Virus record (IMG/VR): IMGVR_UViG_3300044797_000098
Coordinates: 62,001 to 126,000 of that record
Length of the DNA: 64,000 nt
Reading direction: 5' to 3' (one strand)
Shown here: piece by piece, positions 1 through 10,285 of the stretch
Layout: each line of letters opens with the position of its first letter
Numbering within the stretch: the stretch's first letter is position 1
The notes under the pieces: generated by a model
Databases searched by the model: none
The model's input: only the letters and a program-made list of their open reading frames with translations
What the model was told of the DNA's origin: nothing
Translations under genes and position numbers: made by a program

Positions 1-2
1 CA

Positions 3-3000
3 ACAAATAGTGATTGGGAACCAACGAGGACATTTGCTTTTGAGGTTCAACCAAATCCTTCATGGTCTCAGACAATTTGGTATATTGATCCACAGAGCAC
101 ATTTGGCGGTAATGACGCTAATGATGGACTGACTGCCAGCACACCAGTAAAAACCTGGGCACAAGTTATTTTACGATTTGGAACTTATTCTCCGCTATTA
201 AATCAAAATACCACATTTATATTTTTATCTAATCATACAGATAATAGTGATCCTGTTATATTTACGCCATATCTTGGTGGCAATGGAATCAATGTTGTAA
301 TAACAGGTGTATTGAATTCATCTAATCAAGTTTCAACCGGTGCATTTTCTGGATTGATCGCAAAAAATCGTAATACTGGGACATTACTGACCACAACATT
401 AACGAATGCGCCAGTTTCTGGATGGTTCGTGCATGACACAACTAATGATGGTTATTGCTGGGTATACAAAAACCCCAGTTCAAATGTTGCCGTTTTATCT
501 CAACCAATGGAATCTTCGGTTAGTGCTATTGGAATTGGTAATGCTTTCCCGTCAGAAATTAATAATACCGATGGTTATGATATCTACATAGCTTATGAAC
601 CTGTACACGTTAATATTACACAAATTACAACTCAATCTTCTGCTTCAGAAGAAAGTTATACTGCTGGTAGAGTAATCATACAAAATCTAGTTATTTTTGA
701 TCCTGGTAGTGATGATAATGATAGTGTCATACTTGGAAATTATGTAGCCCTTGTAGAAACAAGAATAGATAGATATTCCGTAATATATCAAACTGAATTA
801 TCAAGCGAGCTTCCAATTTTAAATTGTTTCATAGGAAATGCCGTAATAAGTGCGACAGCACTATTGCAAGGTGGTATCTTAGGAAGAGCATACGATGCAG
901 TTGCAGTAGAAATAACTCAGGGGTTTTATCCACAACTTGATGCAGATATTATATTAGCATATGATTTAGTTGCACTTTGTAATCTATATGTAGGATATTA
1001 TTATATTGAGCAGGGCGCAAATCTATTTGCATACCCTACAAGTAAGATAGAATGTATTGATTCATATGTTGATGGCTATGGAGCTGTGTGGGGGCCAGGT
1101 AATATAAATGTTGAATCTATTTACAGATACAATAATCCAATAGATAATACAGCAGTAGGATATTTTAAAAATACCGGTGGTATTACAATAAACAGTAAAT
1201 CAACAGCATATTCTTTTGACCCAAGCGGCAATGGTATATGGCGAAACAGAATACCAATTACTCCAGCACAATTGGATGCGTCATTATCAAGTGGTGGCTT
1301 TGCTGGGACAGCATCGATACCTGGCGGCGGAATAATTACTGCTTTTGGTAATGATGCACACGGATATAACTATGCTCCAAACGATGCATTAATGGTATCC
1401 AATTGGTGCATAGATCCACAATTCGGTAATGATTCGAATGATGGCAAAACATCCTTAACTCCAATTCGTACTTGGGCAGAGTTAGTTAGACGATGGGGAA
1501 CATCATCTCCAGTATTCAATGTACCGGTTATAATTACTTTCTTATCTGATCAGCTAACCAATACCGATCCGGTATATCTTAATCCTGCTTTCGGTGTAAA
1601 TGGCAGTCTAACTTTAATAGGTACACTACAACATCAATTTAATGTCAACTTAACTGGCGTTATACCTAAAAATCCTTCTGCCACTGGACCTAATCCAGCC
1701 GGTTTATTGCAAGCTAATTTAACAACCGCTGCCGATGGTTATGCCGGGTATTTGCTAATCAATAATACTCAGGGCGGAGCCGTTTGCTGGATTGATAGTA
1801 TCTCAAGTGGAATGGCAGTGTTGACCAATCCATACGTTCCTAATTACCCAACATATAATGCTTTACCTAATCAGGTCAATACCTTTACCAATGGTGATGC
1901 GATTTCCATTTATCAGCCCACCAAGATTTATGTCAGCGGATTTACCCAAGGTATTGGCGCTGGAACTATTCTTTTCGTTCATTTGTGGTTAGTTGATCCA
2001 ACTGGGACGGTCGGAAATACCGAAGTAGCTTTACCGCTTTCCTCCTCTTGTACCGAAACAAGATTAGATGTTTATGCTTTCTTCAATTTCGTTACCACAG
2101 AAGCTCCTGTTAATGCTTTGGTCAATTCTTGGTGCAACGGAGGTGTGATCATTTCTGGTGGTAGTATGATAGGTGGGGCTGCCGGGACCGCTTTGGTCAC
2201 TGCGGTTTCTATCAATGGATTTATTGACGGAGATGCCATTATTCACGGAGCAGCTTCCTTTGGTGACGTTCAAGGACAAGGGTTTTTTACTAATCAAATT
2301 GGTTCTGTTTATATAGACAATTCCAGCTTAGCTATTCCCGATAATACTACATACATTATTGGAGATTTATTATTGGACAGTGATGCTGGTACCAATTATA
2401 CCTACGGCATATATGGTCAATATAAATTAAATTTGAACGAGGTTTCCTGTAGACTAACCTATATCAACCCAAGCTCTGCTACATCGTGGTTTAAGGGAAC
2501 TCCTACTTTGCTAATGGATGGTCTTCCTTTTGCTAATGCTTATGATCGAACTCAAGATCCGGGAGTTTGGCATCCGGCTCGCGCCCTCACTCCAGCTAAC
2601 TTGGACTTACCAGTTATTCAGGGTGGATTTGGCGGATTAGCCATAGGTGACGGTGGTTCTATTATTAGTGATGGCTATCAAACCTCGTCTATTATCGTTC
2701 CTAGTTTATCTTTCTTCGTAGATCCTTCTAATGTTAGCGGGCTAGCTTCCGATGGTTATGATGGTCTAACTTCATCAACTCCTATTTTGACAATCGCCGA
2801 ATTGAATCGTCGATATCGTGGTCGTACTGTTACCACTATAAATACAGTTACCTTTATGAGTGATGTGCTATCTGATGATGATTTATTAGATCTATCAACA
2901 GTTAGTTTGGGAACCGGCGGAGCAATAAATTATGTTGGCACTCCGCATATTACACATACAGGAACATTAACCTCTGGAACAGTACCAATAAATCCAGCAA

Positions 3001-4073
3001 TAAATCAACGACAAGTAATAGAAGATACCGGTCTTGGAGTCAATGGATGGACTGGTTACGACGGATATTATATATCTAGTATTAGCGATAGTTATGATGC
3101 TTGGATAGTTAAGGTAGATGGTACAGTAAGCGCGGACAAGGCATTTACCACGCGCCCATATAACCTTTCAACTAATGAAATTGGCATGTTTTCAAGCGGA
3201 TCCTCCTATCAAATTGCTATTGGTAGTAATATGATGATTGGAAACATTTCTCCAACAGTATTAACACCGCCACAATCATTTGGTAACCAGGGAGTTACCT
3301 TCAAGGATTTCAATTTTATTCCAACTGGTGGAATACCATTAATAATAGATAATACTGGTATTGTATTTACTAGATGTAAGTTTTCAGATCCTTTTGCAAC
3401 TGCTTATGGTAATGATAGTACTACCTTATATAATTGTAATTTAGGTAATTCTCCAGTAGGTCCGCCAAGTACGTACTTGAGTACGCAAGGTATTCAATCA
3501 ACATCAATAGGTGGTATTGGTATGTTTGCTGGATTGTATAATTCATACGGCTCGGATTTTTGCCAATTTTTACTTTTAGGCTTGGATGTATATGTAACGG
3601 GATGGGGACTTTTAATAGATCCATTTGCTATTTCATCATTAACTATCACGGGTTACAATAGTGTTGGTGTGTTCAGTGGTGTTCAAATTCATGACACGAT
3701 TTCTCCAACAGCAGCTATTCTTTGTAATAAAACCATAATATTTGGCGATAGTACGATATCACCTGCTGCACCATATAATGCTGGTTTTATTTGGGGGACT
3801 GGAAATGATGGATATGGTATGGTGATTTCATCTGGTGTTACGGTCACTTTGGATAGCACTATAATACCAATTCTAACAGGAGCATTAGGAGATTTTGCTT
3901 TTGATAACAAGGGCGGACTAATCACTACGGGTCGCGCATGGAATGAATTAACCGGTACCTGGACAAGTCCAATAAACACTAATTGGGCTAATTTTATATT
4001 ATCAATTGGATCCAGTGGATTTGGATATAACGCTCACAATGTAGCAAATAATACCGCTCTCGTAGCAATATAG
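3..4073 (+). CDS. Large virion fibre/adhesin-like protein, 5'-partial, built from three tandem ~440-aa modules
   Basis: The frame is open from base 3 (TNSDWEPTRTFAF...), so 312 is not the true start. Three modules open with WYIDPQ..GNDANDGLTASTPVKTW, WCIDPQFGNDSNDGKTSLTPIRTW and FFVDPSN..SDGYDGLTSSTPILTI, and each closes with a W..(I/L)T.AN/Q....GF motif. G/S/T/N-rich and K/E-poor. Confidence 0.7.
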   Translation, partial: TNSDWEPTRTFAFEVQPNPSWSQTIWYIDPQSTFGGNDANDGLTASTPVKTWAQVILRFGTYSPLLNQNTTFIFLSNHTDNSDPVIFTPYLGGNGINVVITGVLNSSNQVSTGAFSGLIAKNRNTGTLLTTTLTNAPVSGWFVHDTTNDGYCWVYKNPSSNVAVLSQPMESSVSAIGIGNAFPSEINNTDGYDIYIAYEPVHVNITQITTQSSASEESYTAGRVIIQNLVIFDPGSDDNDSVILGNYVALVETRIDRYSVIYQTELSSELPILNCFIGNAVISATALLQGGILGRAYDAVAVEITQGFYPQLDADIILAYDLVALCNLYVGYYYIEQGANLFAYPTSKIECIDSYVDGYGAVWGPGNINVESIYRYNNPIDNTAVGYFKNTGGITINSKSTAYSFDPSGNGIWRNRIPITPAQLDASLSSGGFAGTASIPGGGIITAFGNDAHGYNYAPNDALMVSNWCIDPQFGNDSNDGKTSLTPIRTWAELVRRWGTSSPVFNVPVIITFLSDQLTNTDPVYLNPAFGVNGSLTLIGTLQHQFNVNLTGVIPKNPSATGPNPAGLLQANLTTAADGYAGYLLINNTQGGAVCWIDSISSGMAVLTNPYVPNYPTYNALPNQVNTFTNGDAISIYQPTKIYVSGFTQGIGAGTILFVHLWLVDPTGTVGNTEVALPLSSSCTETRLDVYAFFNFVTTEAPVNALVNSWCNGGVIISGGSMIGGAAGTALVTAVSINGFIDGDAIIHGAASFGDVQGQGFFTNQIGSVYIDNSSLAIPDNTTYIIGDLLLDSDAGTNYTYGIYGQYKLNLNEVSCRLTYINPSSATSWFKGTPTLLMDGLPFANAYDRTQDPGVWHPARALTPANLDLPVIQGGFGGLAIGDGGSIISDGYQTSSIIVPSLSFFVDPSNVSGLASDGYDGLTSSTPILTIAELNRRYRGRTVTTINTVTFMSDVLSDDDLLDLSTVSLGTGGAINYVGTPHITHTGTLTSGTVPINPAINQRQVIEDTGLGVNGWTGYDGYYISSISDSYDAWIVKVDGTVSADKAFTTRPYNLSTNEIGMFSSGSSYQIAIGSNMMIGNISPTVLTPPQSFGNQGVTFKDFNFIPTGGIPLIIDNTGIVFTRCKFSDPFATAYGNDSTTLYNCNLGNSPVGPPSTYLSTQGIQSTSIGGIGMFAGLYNSYGSDFCQFLLLGLDVYVTGWGLLIDPFAISSLTITGYNSVGVFSGVQIHDTISPTAAILCNKTIIFGDSTISPAAPYNAGFIWGTGNDGYGMVISSGVTVTLDSTIIPILTGALGDFAFDNKGGLITTGRAWNELTGTWTSPINTNWANFILSIGSSGFGYNAHNVANNTALVAI

Positions 4074-4076
4074 CAG

Positions 4077-4469
4077 TTATCTATACAATGGATAATGCCG
4101 ACAACGCCAGCATAATAATTTAGTCTCTTCAAAATTGGCGCTTGCCATTGGAAAAAACTCATCACATTCACAGCAACGCATACCATCTAATCTGCTGTGT
4201 ATTGCAATTATATTATGTTCTGTTATGAAATAAGCATAGCTGTCTATAAATCTTTTATCTATCTTATATCTTCGTAAATTATCCGAAGACAAATAAACAC
4301 TGCAATCAAGAAAATAATTACTTGGTAAATAAATCATATATCCATTATTGTGTATGGATATAATCTCAAATACTTTTTTTTCGCAACCGGTTTCCTCGTA
4401 AACATTTACGATTTTATTTTCTTTTATCTTGCAAACTACTTTATCACCGGGCGAGCAATGTAGTCCCAT
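4077..4469 (-). CDS. Hypothetical protein with C-terminal Cys4 zinc finger
   Basis: CCECDEFF...CWRCR at the C-terminus; ends convergently with ORF 3-4073. Confidence 0.6.
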   Translation of the reverse strand: MGLHCSPGDKVVCKIKENKIVNVYEETGCEKKVFEIISIHNNGYMIYLPSNYFLDCSVYLSSDNLRRYKIDKRFIDSYAYFITEHNIIAIHSRLDGMRCCECDEFFPMASANFEETKLLCWRCRHYPLYR

Positions 4470-4491
4470 ATACTATATATGGGATTATTGG

Positions 4492-4971
4492 CTATTTTGT
4501 TGGCTCATTGTAAAAATACACACTAACACCCTCTTCTACCAGACCCTTAATAAGTAGATCTTGCAGCTCTGGTATTGCAGAGGTTAGTAGAGTTGATACG
4601 TGAACGCTTGCTTTTTCATACTTAGCTTTTTCACTGACTTTCTTAATAGCTGCTTGTAATGCTTTCTGATCTACCTTACCAGTTTTATCTTGTACCAACA
4701 TGGATATAGCCCATGTGTCAGAAGATACGGCTGTTTCGTTTAATGAACCAAGCTTAAAATTCATTTGAGTTGCATACCAATATGAATTATCTTCCTTTAC
4801 CTTAGCCCATCGTTTTGCTAATATCAAACTTAGTGGCGAAGTGAATTTTCCATCTTGACCAACAACATTAAGAATAAAACGAAGTCCTGCATTTTCTGGC
4901 GCTAAAACTGATGCGTTGACTATTTTTGTTTTACCTTGTGCTATGAACCTTTTATCTAATTTATTATCCAT
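4492..4971 (-). CDS. Macrodomain-like protein (Appr-1-p processing family), degenerate
   Basis: Spacing follows bacterial Poa1-like macrodomains: AP..G...I.NV..G......I.KRW, F.LG....V....W..M..Q, A....ASVH. The Gly-rich ADP-ribose loops are replaced. Confidence 0.55.
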   Translation of the reverse strand: MDNKLDKRFIAQGKTKIVNASVLAPENAGLRFILNVVGQDGKFTSPLSLILAKRWAKVKEDNSYWYATQMNFKLGSLNETAVSSDTWAISMLVQDKTGKVDQKALQAAIKKVSEKAKYEKASVHVSTLLTSAIPELQDLLIKGLVEEGVSVYFYNEPTK

Positions 4972-4980
4972 TTGTGTCTC

Positions 4981-5595
4981 CTAATTTTGATATATCATCA
5001 ATGTAATTTCTTTTAATTTATTTTCTAGATCTGACCTATTTATTTTATCTAACTCAAAATGCAATGATTTGAACCCAAGTTTTTCACCACCACGCACATT
5101 TTCAATTCTATCATCTAAATATAAGCATCCTTTAAATTCCGGATTCATGTCTAAGAATGTTTTATAATATAAGAAACTGGGTTTTCTTGCCCCAACCTCG
5201 CAACTAAAAAACTTTATACTATAGTGGTATAAAAAACCACCTAAAATATTTCCCATCAATGCAGCGTGCTCTATTCCTATATTGCTCAGCAGCGCTATTT
5301 TAACGTCTTCTTCTAATAATTTTTCTAAAAACCCCACAACAGTGGTATCTGCGGTAATTACTTTATTCCATTCTTCTATTAAATTTTGTATGATAATGGG
5401 CGATTTAATCTTAAAATGATCTCTAAGTTCGTCCGATATTTGGGTCAAACCCATATCGTGTAACTTTGTGGTTCTATGTAAGAAATAATTTACATCCTCT
5501 AATGGAAGATTAAGTGTTTTAGATAATTCGTTTAAAAAATTATCAAACTTTACATTGCAAACAACATTACCAAGATCAACCGCCAAATATTTCAT
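4981..5595 (-). CDS. HAD-superfamily phosphatase (YihX/glucose-1-phosphatase-like)
   Basis: Motif I VDLGNVV, motif II LSN, motif III RKP, motif IV LDD..EN. Confidence 0.85.
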   Translation of the reverse strand: MKYLAVDLGNVVCNVKFDNFLNELSKTLNLPLEDVNYFLHRTTKLHDMGLTQISDELRDHFKIKSPIIIQNLIEEWNKVITADTTVVGFLEKLLEEDVKIALLSNIGIEHAALMGNILGGFLYHYSIKFFSCEVGARKPSFLYYKTFLDMNPEFKGCLYLDDRIENVRGGEKLGFKSLHFELDKINRSDLENKLKEITLMIYQN

Positions 5596-6545
5596 AGCTC
5601 TCCTAAGTATTCCGATATAAATTTAACTTTTTCATTTAATTCTATTTCTATTTTATTGGACTGAGTAAAATTATCCGATATGCATCCAAAATTATAATGC
5701 CTATTTACCATTGATATAATAATGCTTTCTATATCGTCGTATCTTGGATATGTTATATTATATTTTTGATTATAGAATGCATCCGCTGCAAACACGGCAG
5801 TTCCATCTGATACAAAATATTTACAATTTTCAATATATTGCTCATATATGGAATCTTTTGATATATCCTCTATCTTTAGATCATCAAAAGATTCATTCAT
5901 ATACGGTGAAAATAATATAGAGTTTTTATTTTTCAACTCATTTATAATATTTTTATTTGATTTTAGTAACGCTAAAAAATAATCAATTTTTTTATTTCCA
6001 TATCCCAGAATAAAACTTGGGCGCGCCCACTCATAGTTATTGGAAATAATGTTATTATATTGAGAATCACAAATATGTGATAATACAAATCGTCTATTGG
6101 AATTATTCAATAAATTTAAAATATAACCATTTCTTTTTGGACTGGAATCAAGTAAATGAAAATAGTTTTTATGTATTCCTAAATTATATTTCACATCATT
6201 ATTCATAGCATAATAAAAATTAATTGGACTGAACTGCCATAATTTTATATTTAATTCCAGTGCTATTGTACTTGTATAAATCTCAAAATCAGAAATTATT
6301 AGATCCGGAGCAAATCGCTTAATCTCATTAGAATAATATGTATAATTTCCATTAAAAGAAATCTCTTCTGGATTGGTAAAATTGAGCAAGCTATCAAGCA
6401 TATAATCTGCATCGAGATCGCCAAGCGATTTTTTAAATGCAGCGATTTTTATGTTATAATTTTTATGCTGAATAGATTGTAAAAATCGTTTTAATTGGTA
6501 ATATGAACCAATTCTATTTCCAGCACTATATAATATTTTTAGCAT
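5592..6545 (-). CDS. Glycosyltransferase-like protein (GT-B fold, MJ1255-like), divergent
   Basis: MLKILY.A.N start, PDLIISDFE motif and a C-terminal SDG..F..DA.Y..K pattern. Confidence 0.5.
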   Translation of the reverse strand: MLKILYSAGNRIGSYYQLKRFLQSIQHKNYNIKIAAFKKSLGDLDADYMLDSLLNFTNPEEISFNGNYTYYSNEIKRFAPDLIISDFEIYTSTIALELNIKLWQFSPINFYYAMNNDVKYNLGIHKNYFHLLDSSPKRNGYILNLLNNSNRRFVLSHICDSQYNNIISNNYEWARPSFILGYGNKKIDYFLALLKSNKNIINELKNKNSILFSPYMNESFDDLKIEDISKDSIYEQYIENCKYFVSDGTAVFAADAFYNQKYNITYPRYDDIESIIISMVNRHYNFGCISDNFTQSNKIEIELNEKVKFISEYLGEL

Positions 6546-7159
6546 TATTTTTTTGCTAAATCTCTAATTAAATTAGCCTGTTTCAAAAACAAATCTTTTG
6601 TCATGCGAACATCTGCTGAGGCCCGATGGGCTTTCTCTTTTTTTATACCGTATTTCTGAACCAACCCATTCAAATTATAATATTCGCTTGGTTCTGTTAT
6701 TCCTATAACATCCATAAATACCTGTATTTGCATTGTATCTAGTGCATATCTTTTTGAAAATGGGAACGTCTCTCCGGCTCCAACTTTGTTCCACGTTGCA
6801 ATAAGCATATCTTTATCGAATCCGCAAATATTATGACCAACAAGAAATCGTTCTTCTGATGTATGAAGGTCGTTCATTAGCCAGTTTTCAATTTCGGCGG
6901 TGGCTTTTTCTGTTGGTATGTATATCTCTCTGCCTTCTTTTGTATTGTGTAACAAGTCTTCCAAATTATGACCATTAACCCGTAATGCGTCAGGTTGAAT
7001 GTTATCTATTCTAATCGGTTTCATACACCAAGTTTTTTGGTCTCCGGTGGATAGACGGTAGAATGATACCTCAATGACATCGTGTTCTAACGTAAGTCCG
7101 GTGGTTTCTACGTCCGTCACATATAATTCGTATTTCATATATCTCTCCTGCTCCAACAA
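6545..7159 (-). CDS. DEDDh 3'-5' exonuclease (DNA polymerase III epsilon-like)
   Basis: ExoI DVETTG, ExoII GHNI.FD, ExoIII HRASADV. The start may be the ATG of MKYELY. Confidence 0.9.
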   Translation of the reverse strand: MLEQERYMKYELYVTDVETTGLTLEHDVIEVSFYRLSTGDQKTWCMKPIRIDNIQPDALRVNGHNLEDLLHNTKEGREIYIPTEKATAEIENWLMNDLHTSEERFLVGHNICGFDKDMLIATWNKVGAGETFPFSKRYALDTMQIQVFMDVIGITEPSEYYNLNGLVQKYGIKKEKAHRASADVRMTKDLFLKQANLIRDLAKK

Positions 7160-7201
7160 TTATAGATAGCAGAAAAATAAACACAACACATAAATAATAA
7201 A

Positions 7202-7567
7202 TTATTTTACTAATAATTTTTTTAAATTTTTTCTTAAACTTAAGAGTGATTTAATCCCAGTTTTACCTTGTGCTATCAAAAATTTAAATCCTTCGGTCGT
7301 TCTAAGATATTCTTTTTCTTTTTTTGAAATCTTTGTGCCATCCAATACAAAAATAATTTTATTATTCTCAAATATGTTCCATCTTTCATTTTTATTTGAT
7401 GATATTCGTTTTACTCTAATAACTTTTTCTTTAATATTATTTTCTTCGTGAAATAAATCATCATTATCAAACTTACTAAATGTATGTTTTATTCTTGTGT
7501 TATCGTGAGAGTATTCGATATCAGTGGAAGTTATTGATGAACTATAATCATTAGAATATCTTTGCAT
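7202..7567 (-). CDS. Hypothetical basic protein
   Basis: 121-aa ORF in operon context; start uncertain. Confidence 0.55.
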   Translation of the reverse strand: MQRYSNDYSSSITSTDIEYSHDNTRIKHTFSKFDNDDLFHEENNIKEKVIRVKRISSNKNERWNIFENNKIIFVLDGTKISKKEKEYLRTTEGFKFLIAQGKTGIKSLLSLRKNLKKLLVK

Positions 7568-7578
7568 ATATTTCTTTC

Positions 7579-8784
7579 TTACTTAGAAACCGAATCCGCT
7601 GCTGTCAAACCGGTAATAGCAGCATATAAAATACCGCTTTGCCCAGATGCTTCTCCGGCGCAAAACATATTTTGTATATCTGTTTCTAAATTATTTTTAA
7701 TATTTATTTTTGGAATTGATGGTAAAATAGTCGGAACGTGGTAATAACCTTTGCTTATAACTTCTGGCATAAATTGCCCTATTTGTTTAATAGCGCCGGG
7801 TAACCAATTATATTCTGGAATAATTGATATTTTACTTTTATTTTTTAATATGAGAGAGACTTTTTCTTTTATTATTCTGTCATTCGTTAATATAAATACT
7901 AATTGACCAATTCTATTAGTCTGCTCAAATCCATTATTTTCGAAATGTCTAGTGCCTATTAAATTAAATGATACGTTATTAGATTTCCATCTGGCTTCGT
8001 TGCTTCTGAATGAGGTAATTGCCATATCCACATGATCTTCCGGAATAACAGTTCCGCTCCATGACATTGGGCCTATTTCTAATTCGCAATTCGTAATTGA
8101 ACAATTTGATTTATTAAAATCTTTCATTAAATGTGAGTTTAATTCAATTCTGACCCCAAACTTTGATACATTATTATCTGTAATTATATTTAATGATTTA
8201 TATAAATCACTTGTCCAACGCCAACCGCTTCTACCAGTACAAATTATTAATTTTTTGCACGCTATTTGTTTTGTTGGAGATGTTATTATGAAACCTTTTT
8301 TATTTTTTACAACGCTGGTAATTTCTTCATCAAAACATAATGATATTTTATTTTCAATATCATTAACTATTTTTTTTGATAGTGCGTGTATTTCTTTTGG
8401 AAAGATTTGTACATAATCGTTTTTAATTATTTCAAACCCGTTTTTTTTGATTTTTTTATCTAAATTTATTTTAGGTCCCTGGTCTTTAATTATAGTTAAA
8501 TCAAATATATTTTTAACATAATTATTGAACCATTTTGAGGCTGTATTTGTTTTACGCGTGCCTATTAATTGTAATACTTTATCAATATCTGATTGATATA
8601 ATTTTCCATCGCCAGTTGGAAGTGTTCCGAGAAATCCGGTCATTTGAGACCGTCTTTTTCCCGGAGGAGATCCCTCATCGAAAAGTATAATTTTCATTCC
8701 TTTATGTTCTTTTGCCAATTTAAGAGCAGCAAAAGTTCCAGAAACACCAGATCCTATAATAGCAACATCAAAATTATTAGCCAT
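7579..8784 (-). CDS. FAD-dependent oxidoreductase (COG2509/HI0933-like)
   Basis: Rossmann motif VAIIGSGVSG, CTGRSG and a C-terminal ET....FCAGEASG..GI..AA.TG. Confidence 0.8.
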   Translation of the reverse strand: MANNFDVAIIGSGVSGTFAALKLAKEHKGMKIILFDEGSPPGKRRSQMTGFLGTLPTGDGKLYQSDIDKVLQLIGTRKTNTASKWFNNYVKNIFDLTIIKDQGPKINLDKKIKKNGFEIIKNDYVQIFPKEIHALSKKIVNDIENKISLCFDEEITSVVKNKKGFIITSPTKQIACKKLIICTGRSGWRWTSDLYKSLNIITDNNVSKFGVRIELNSHLMKDFNKSNCSITNCELEIGPMSWSGTVIPEDHVDMAITSFRSNEARWKSNNVSFNLIGTRHFENNGFEQTNRIGQLVFILTNDRIIKEKVSLILKNKSKISIIPEYNWLPGAIKQIGQFMPEVISKGYYHVPTILPSIPKINIKNNLETDIQNMFCAGEASGQSGILYAAITGLTAADSVSK

Positions 8785-8915
8785 AGATATCCTTTGATGA
8801 TATCTATATCGTGCTAAAATAAATTGAAAATTAAAACGTTAACCATTTAACTGTAACAACATCTGTTACATCTATTTTGACTTCTTTTAGTGCATTAGCA
8901 GGGTCATTGAAACGC

Positions 8916-8947
8916 GAAGCCTCTGCCTTAAGGCAGAGGTAGTTCAC
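8916..8947 (+). mobile_element. Orphan right end of an IS200/IS605 (or IS607) TnpB-type element
   Basis: GAAG + perfect 20-bp palindrome CCTCTGCCTTAAGGCAGAGG + TAGTTCAC, the characteristic subterminal hairpin and TCAC end. No tnpA/tnpB ORF is adjacent. Confidence 0.65.
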
Positions 8948-9003
8948 AACAATATAATTAACTATTAGCAGTGGTGATGCTAAAAAATTGGTATTACTAT
9001 AGA

Positions 9004-10257
9004 ATGGCAATACTTTTTCCAGCAGGGATCGACAATTCGAGTACCTTACCCACAGTGATTGACAACATCACGCCTGTGCAGGCAAGTGATGTTAATATTT
9101 TACGTGATGCAATAATCGCTATTGAAGCTTGTCTAGGAATCAAACCACAAGGAATCTACACAACCGTACGTGCTAGATTAGATGCACTAGATATGATCAT
9201 AGCGTCTATTATTTCCGGTGGTGGCGGAGGAGGAGGCGGTGGAGGATCTGTTAATTTTGCTGGTGATTTAACTGGTACATCAAATCATCAAGTCGTTATT
9301 GGATTGCAAACAAGACCAGTAAATCCTATAACACCAATACCGGGCCAGGCATTAATTTTTGATGGATATCAATGGAATCCAAGCACTAATTTTTTGGGAC
9401 AAGAGATTATCACAGGACCAATACTTTCAACATCAGAAAATACCGGGTTAATAGAATTAGACGGTAAGTTCATAGTAAATGGTATATCTATTTCCTCGTC
9501 ATCCACTTCCGATATGGGACAAGGTATTATTTATTATGATTCTACTTTGAATAAGTTTCAAGTATCCGAGGACGGCGGTTCATACGTAAATCTTGTTGGT
9601 GGCTCCTCAGGAGGCGTTGCCAGTGGTGATTTGGATGGATATTACCCTGATCCGGTTGTAATTGGCTTACAAACAATACCAGTAAATCAAACAGTTCCAA
9701 CGCCAGGTCAAGCACTAATATATGATGGCTATGAATGGACTCCTGGAAGCAATTTTATTAGTCAAGATATATTCACCACTGGTAGTATAACTACCGGACC
9801 GGATTTATCAACATCCACTACCACAGGATTACTAACGCTAGATGGCAAAATGATTATCAATAGTATTGATACATCATTAATATCCGATGCTGGTCAAGCA
9901 ATAATCTATTTTGATGGTTATACAAATAATTTATTGATATCAGAAAATGGTAATTCTTATGTAAGTATTTTTGCTGATATTCGTAATATAAACAACGTTA
10001 GCGGAAACTATACCACAACCCAGCAGGATTCTACTATATTAGTAATTTCAAGTTCATCACCAATAACAATTAATTTGGTTAACAGTCCAATAACTGGAAC
10101 AATACAAACCGTGAAAGACAAGTCAGGTAATGCAGGAACTTACAACATAACTGTACAATCTTCTGCGCTTATCGATGGATTATCTATTTATGTAATTTCT
10201 GCTAATAATGGTAAGGCAAGTTTTATATTCGATGGCAGCAATTGGTATAGCATATAA
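9004..10257 (+). CDS. Virion fibre-like protein (paralog of 17509-18699)
   Basis: ATG 9004 (MAILFPAGID) aligns with the paralog start. Two internal repeats GDL.G...V.GLQT.PVN..P.PGQALI.DGY.W; C-terminal IT.L...P..G....KD..G.A..YNI domain. Confidence 0.75.
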   Translation: MAILFPAGIDNSSTLPTVIDNITPVQASDVNILRDAIIAIEACLGIKPQGIYTTVRARLDALDMIIASIISGGGGGGGGGGSVNFAGDLTGTSNHQVVIGLQTRPVNPITPIPGQALIFDGYQWNPSTNFLGQEIITGPILSTSENTGLIELDGKFIVNGISISSSSTSDMGQGIIYYDSTLNKFQVSEDGGSYVNLVGGSSGGVASGDLDGYYPDPVVIGLQTIPVNQTVPTPGQALIYDGYEWTPGSNFISQDIFTTGSITTGPDLSTSTTTGLLTLDGKMIINSIDTSLISDAGQAIIYFDGYTNNLLISENGNSYVSIFADIRNINNVSGNYTTTQQDSTILVISSSSPITINLVNSPITGTIQTVKDKSGNAGTYNITVQSSALIDGLSIYVISANNGKASFIFDGSNWYSI

Positions 10258-10285
10258 TAATTTTGTATATTCAATAGGAACATAA

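Noticed and set aside
447-3815. GATGGNTAT as a DNA-level repeat or binding site
   Set aside because: The eight copies I checked are all in the coding frame and have variable third positions, so the signal is peptide-level.
406-3979. Short alternative-frame and antisense ORFs inside ORF 3-4073, and likewise inside the other long genes
   Set aside because: Shadow ORFs of biased codon usage; no RBS or recognisable motifs.
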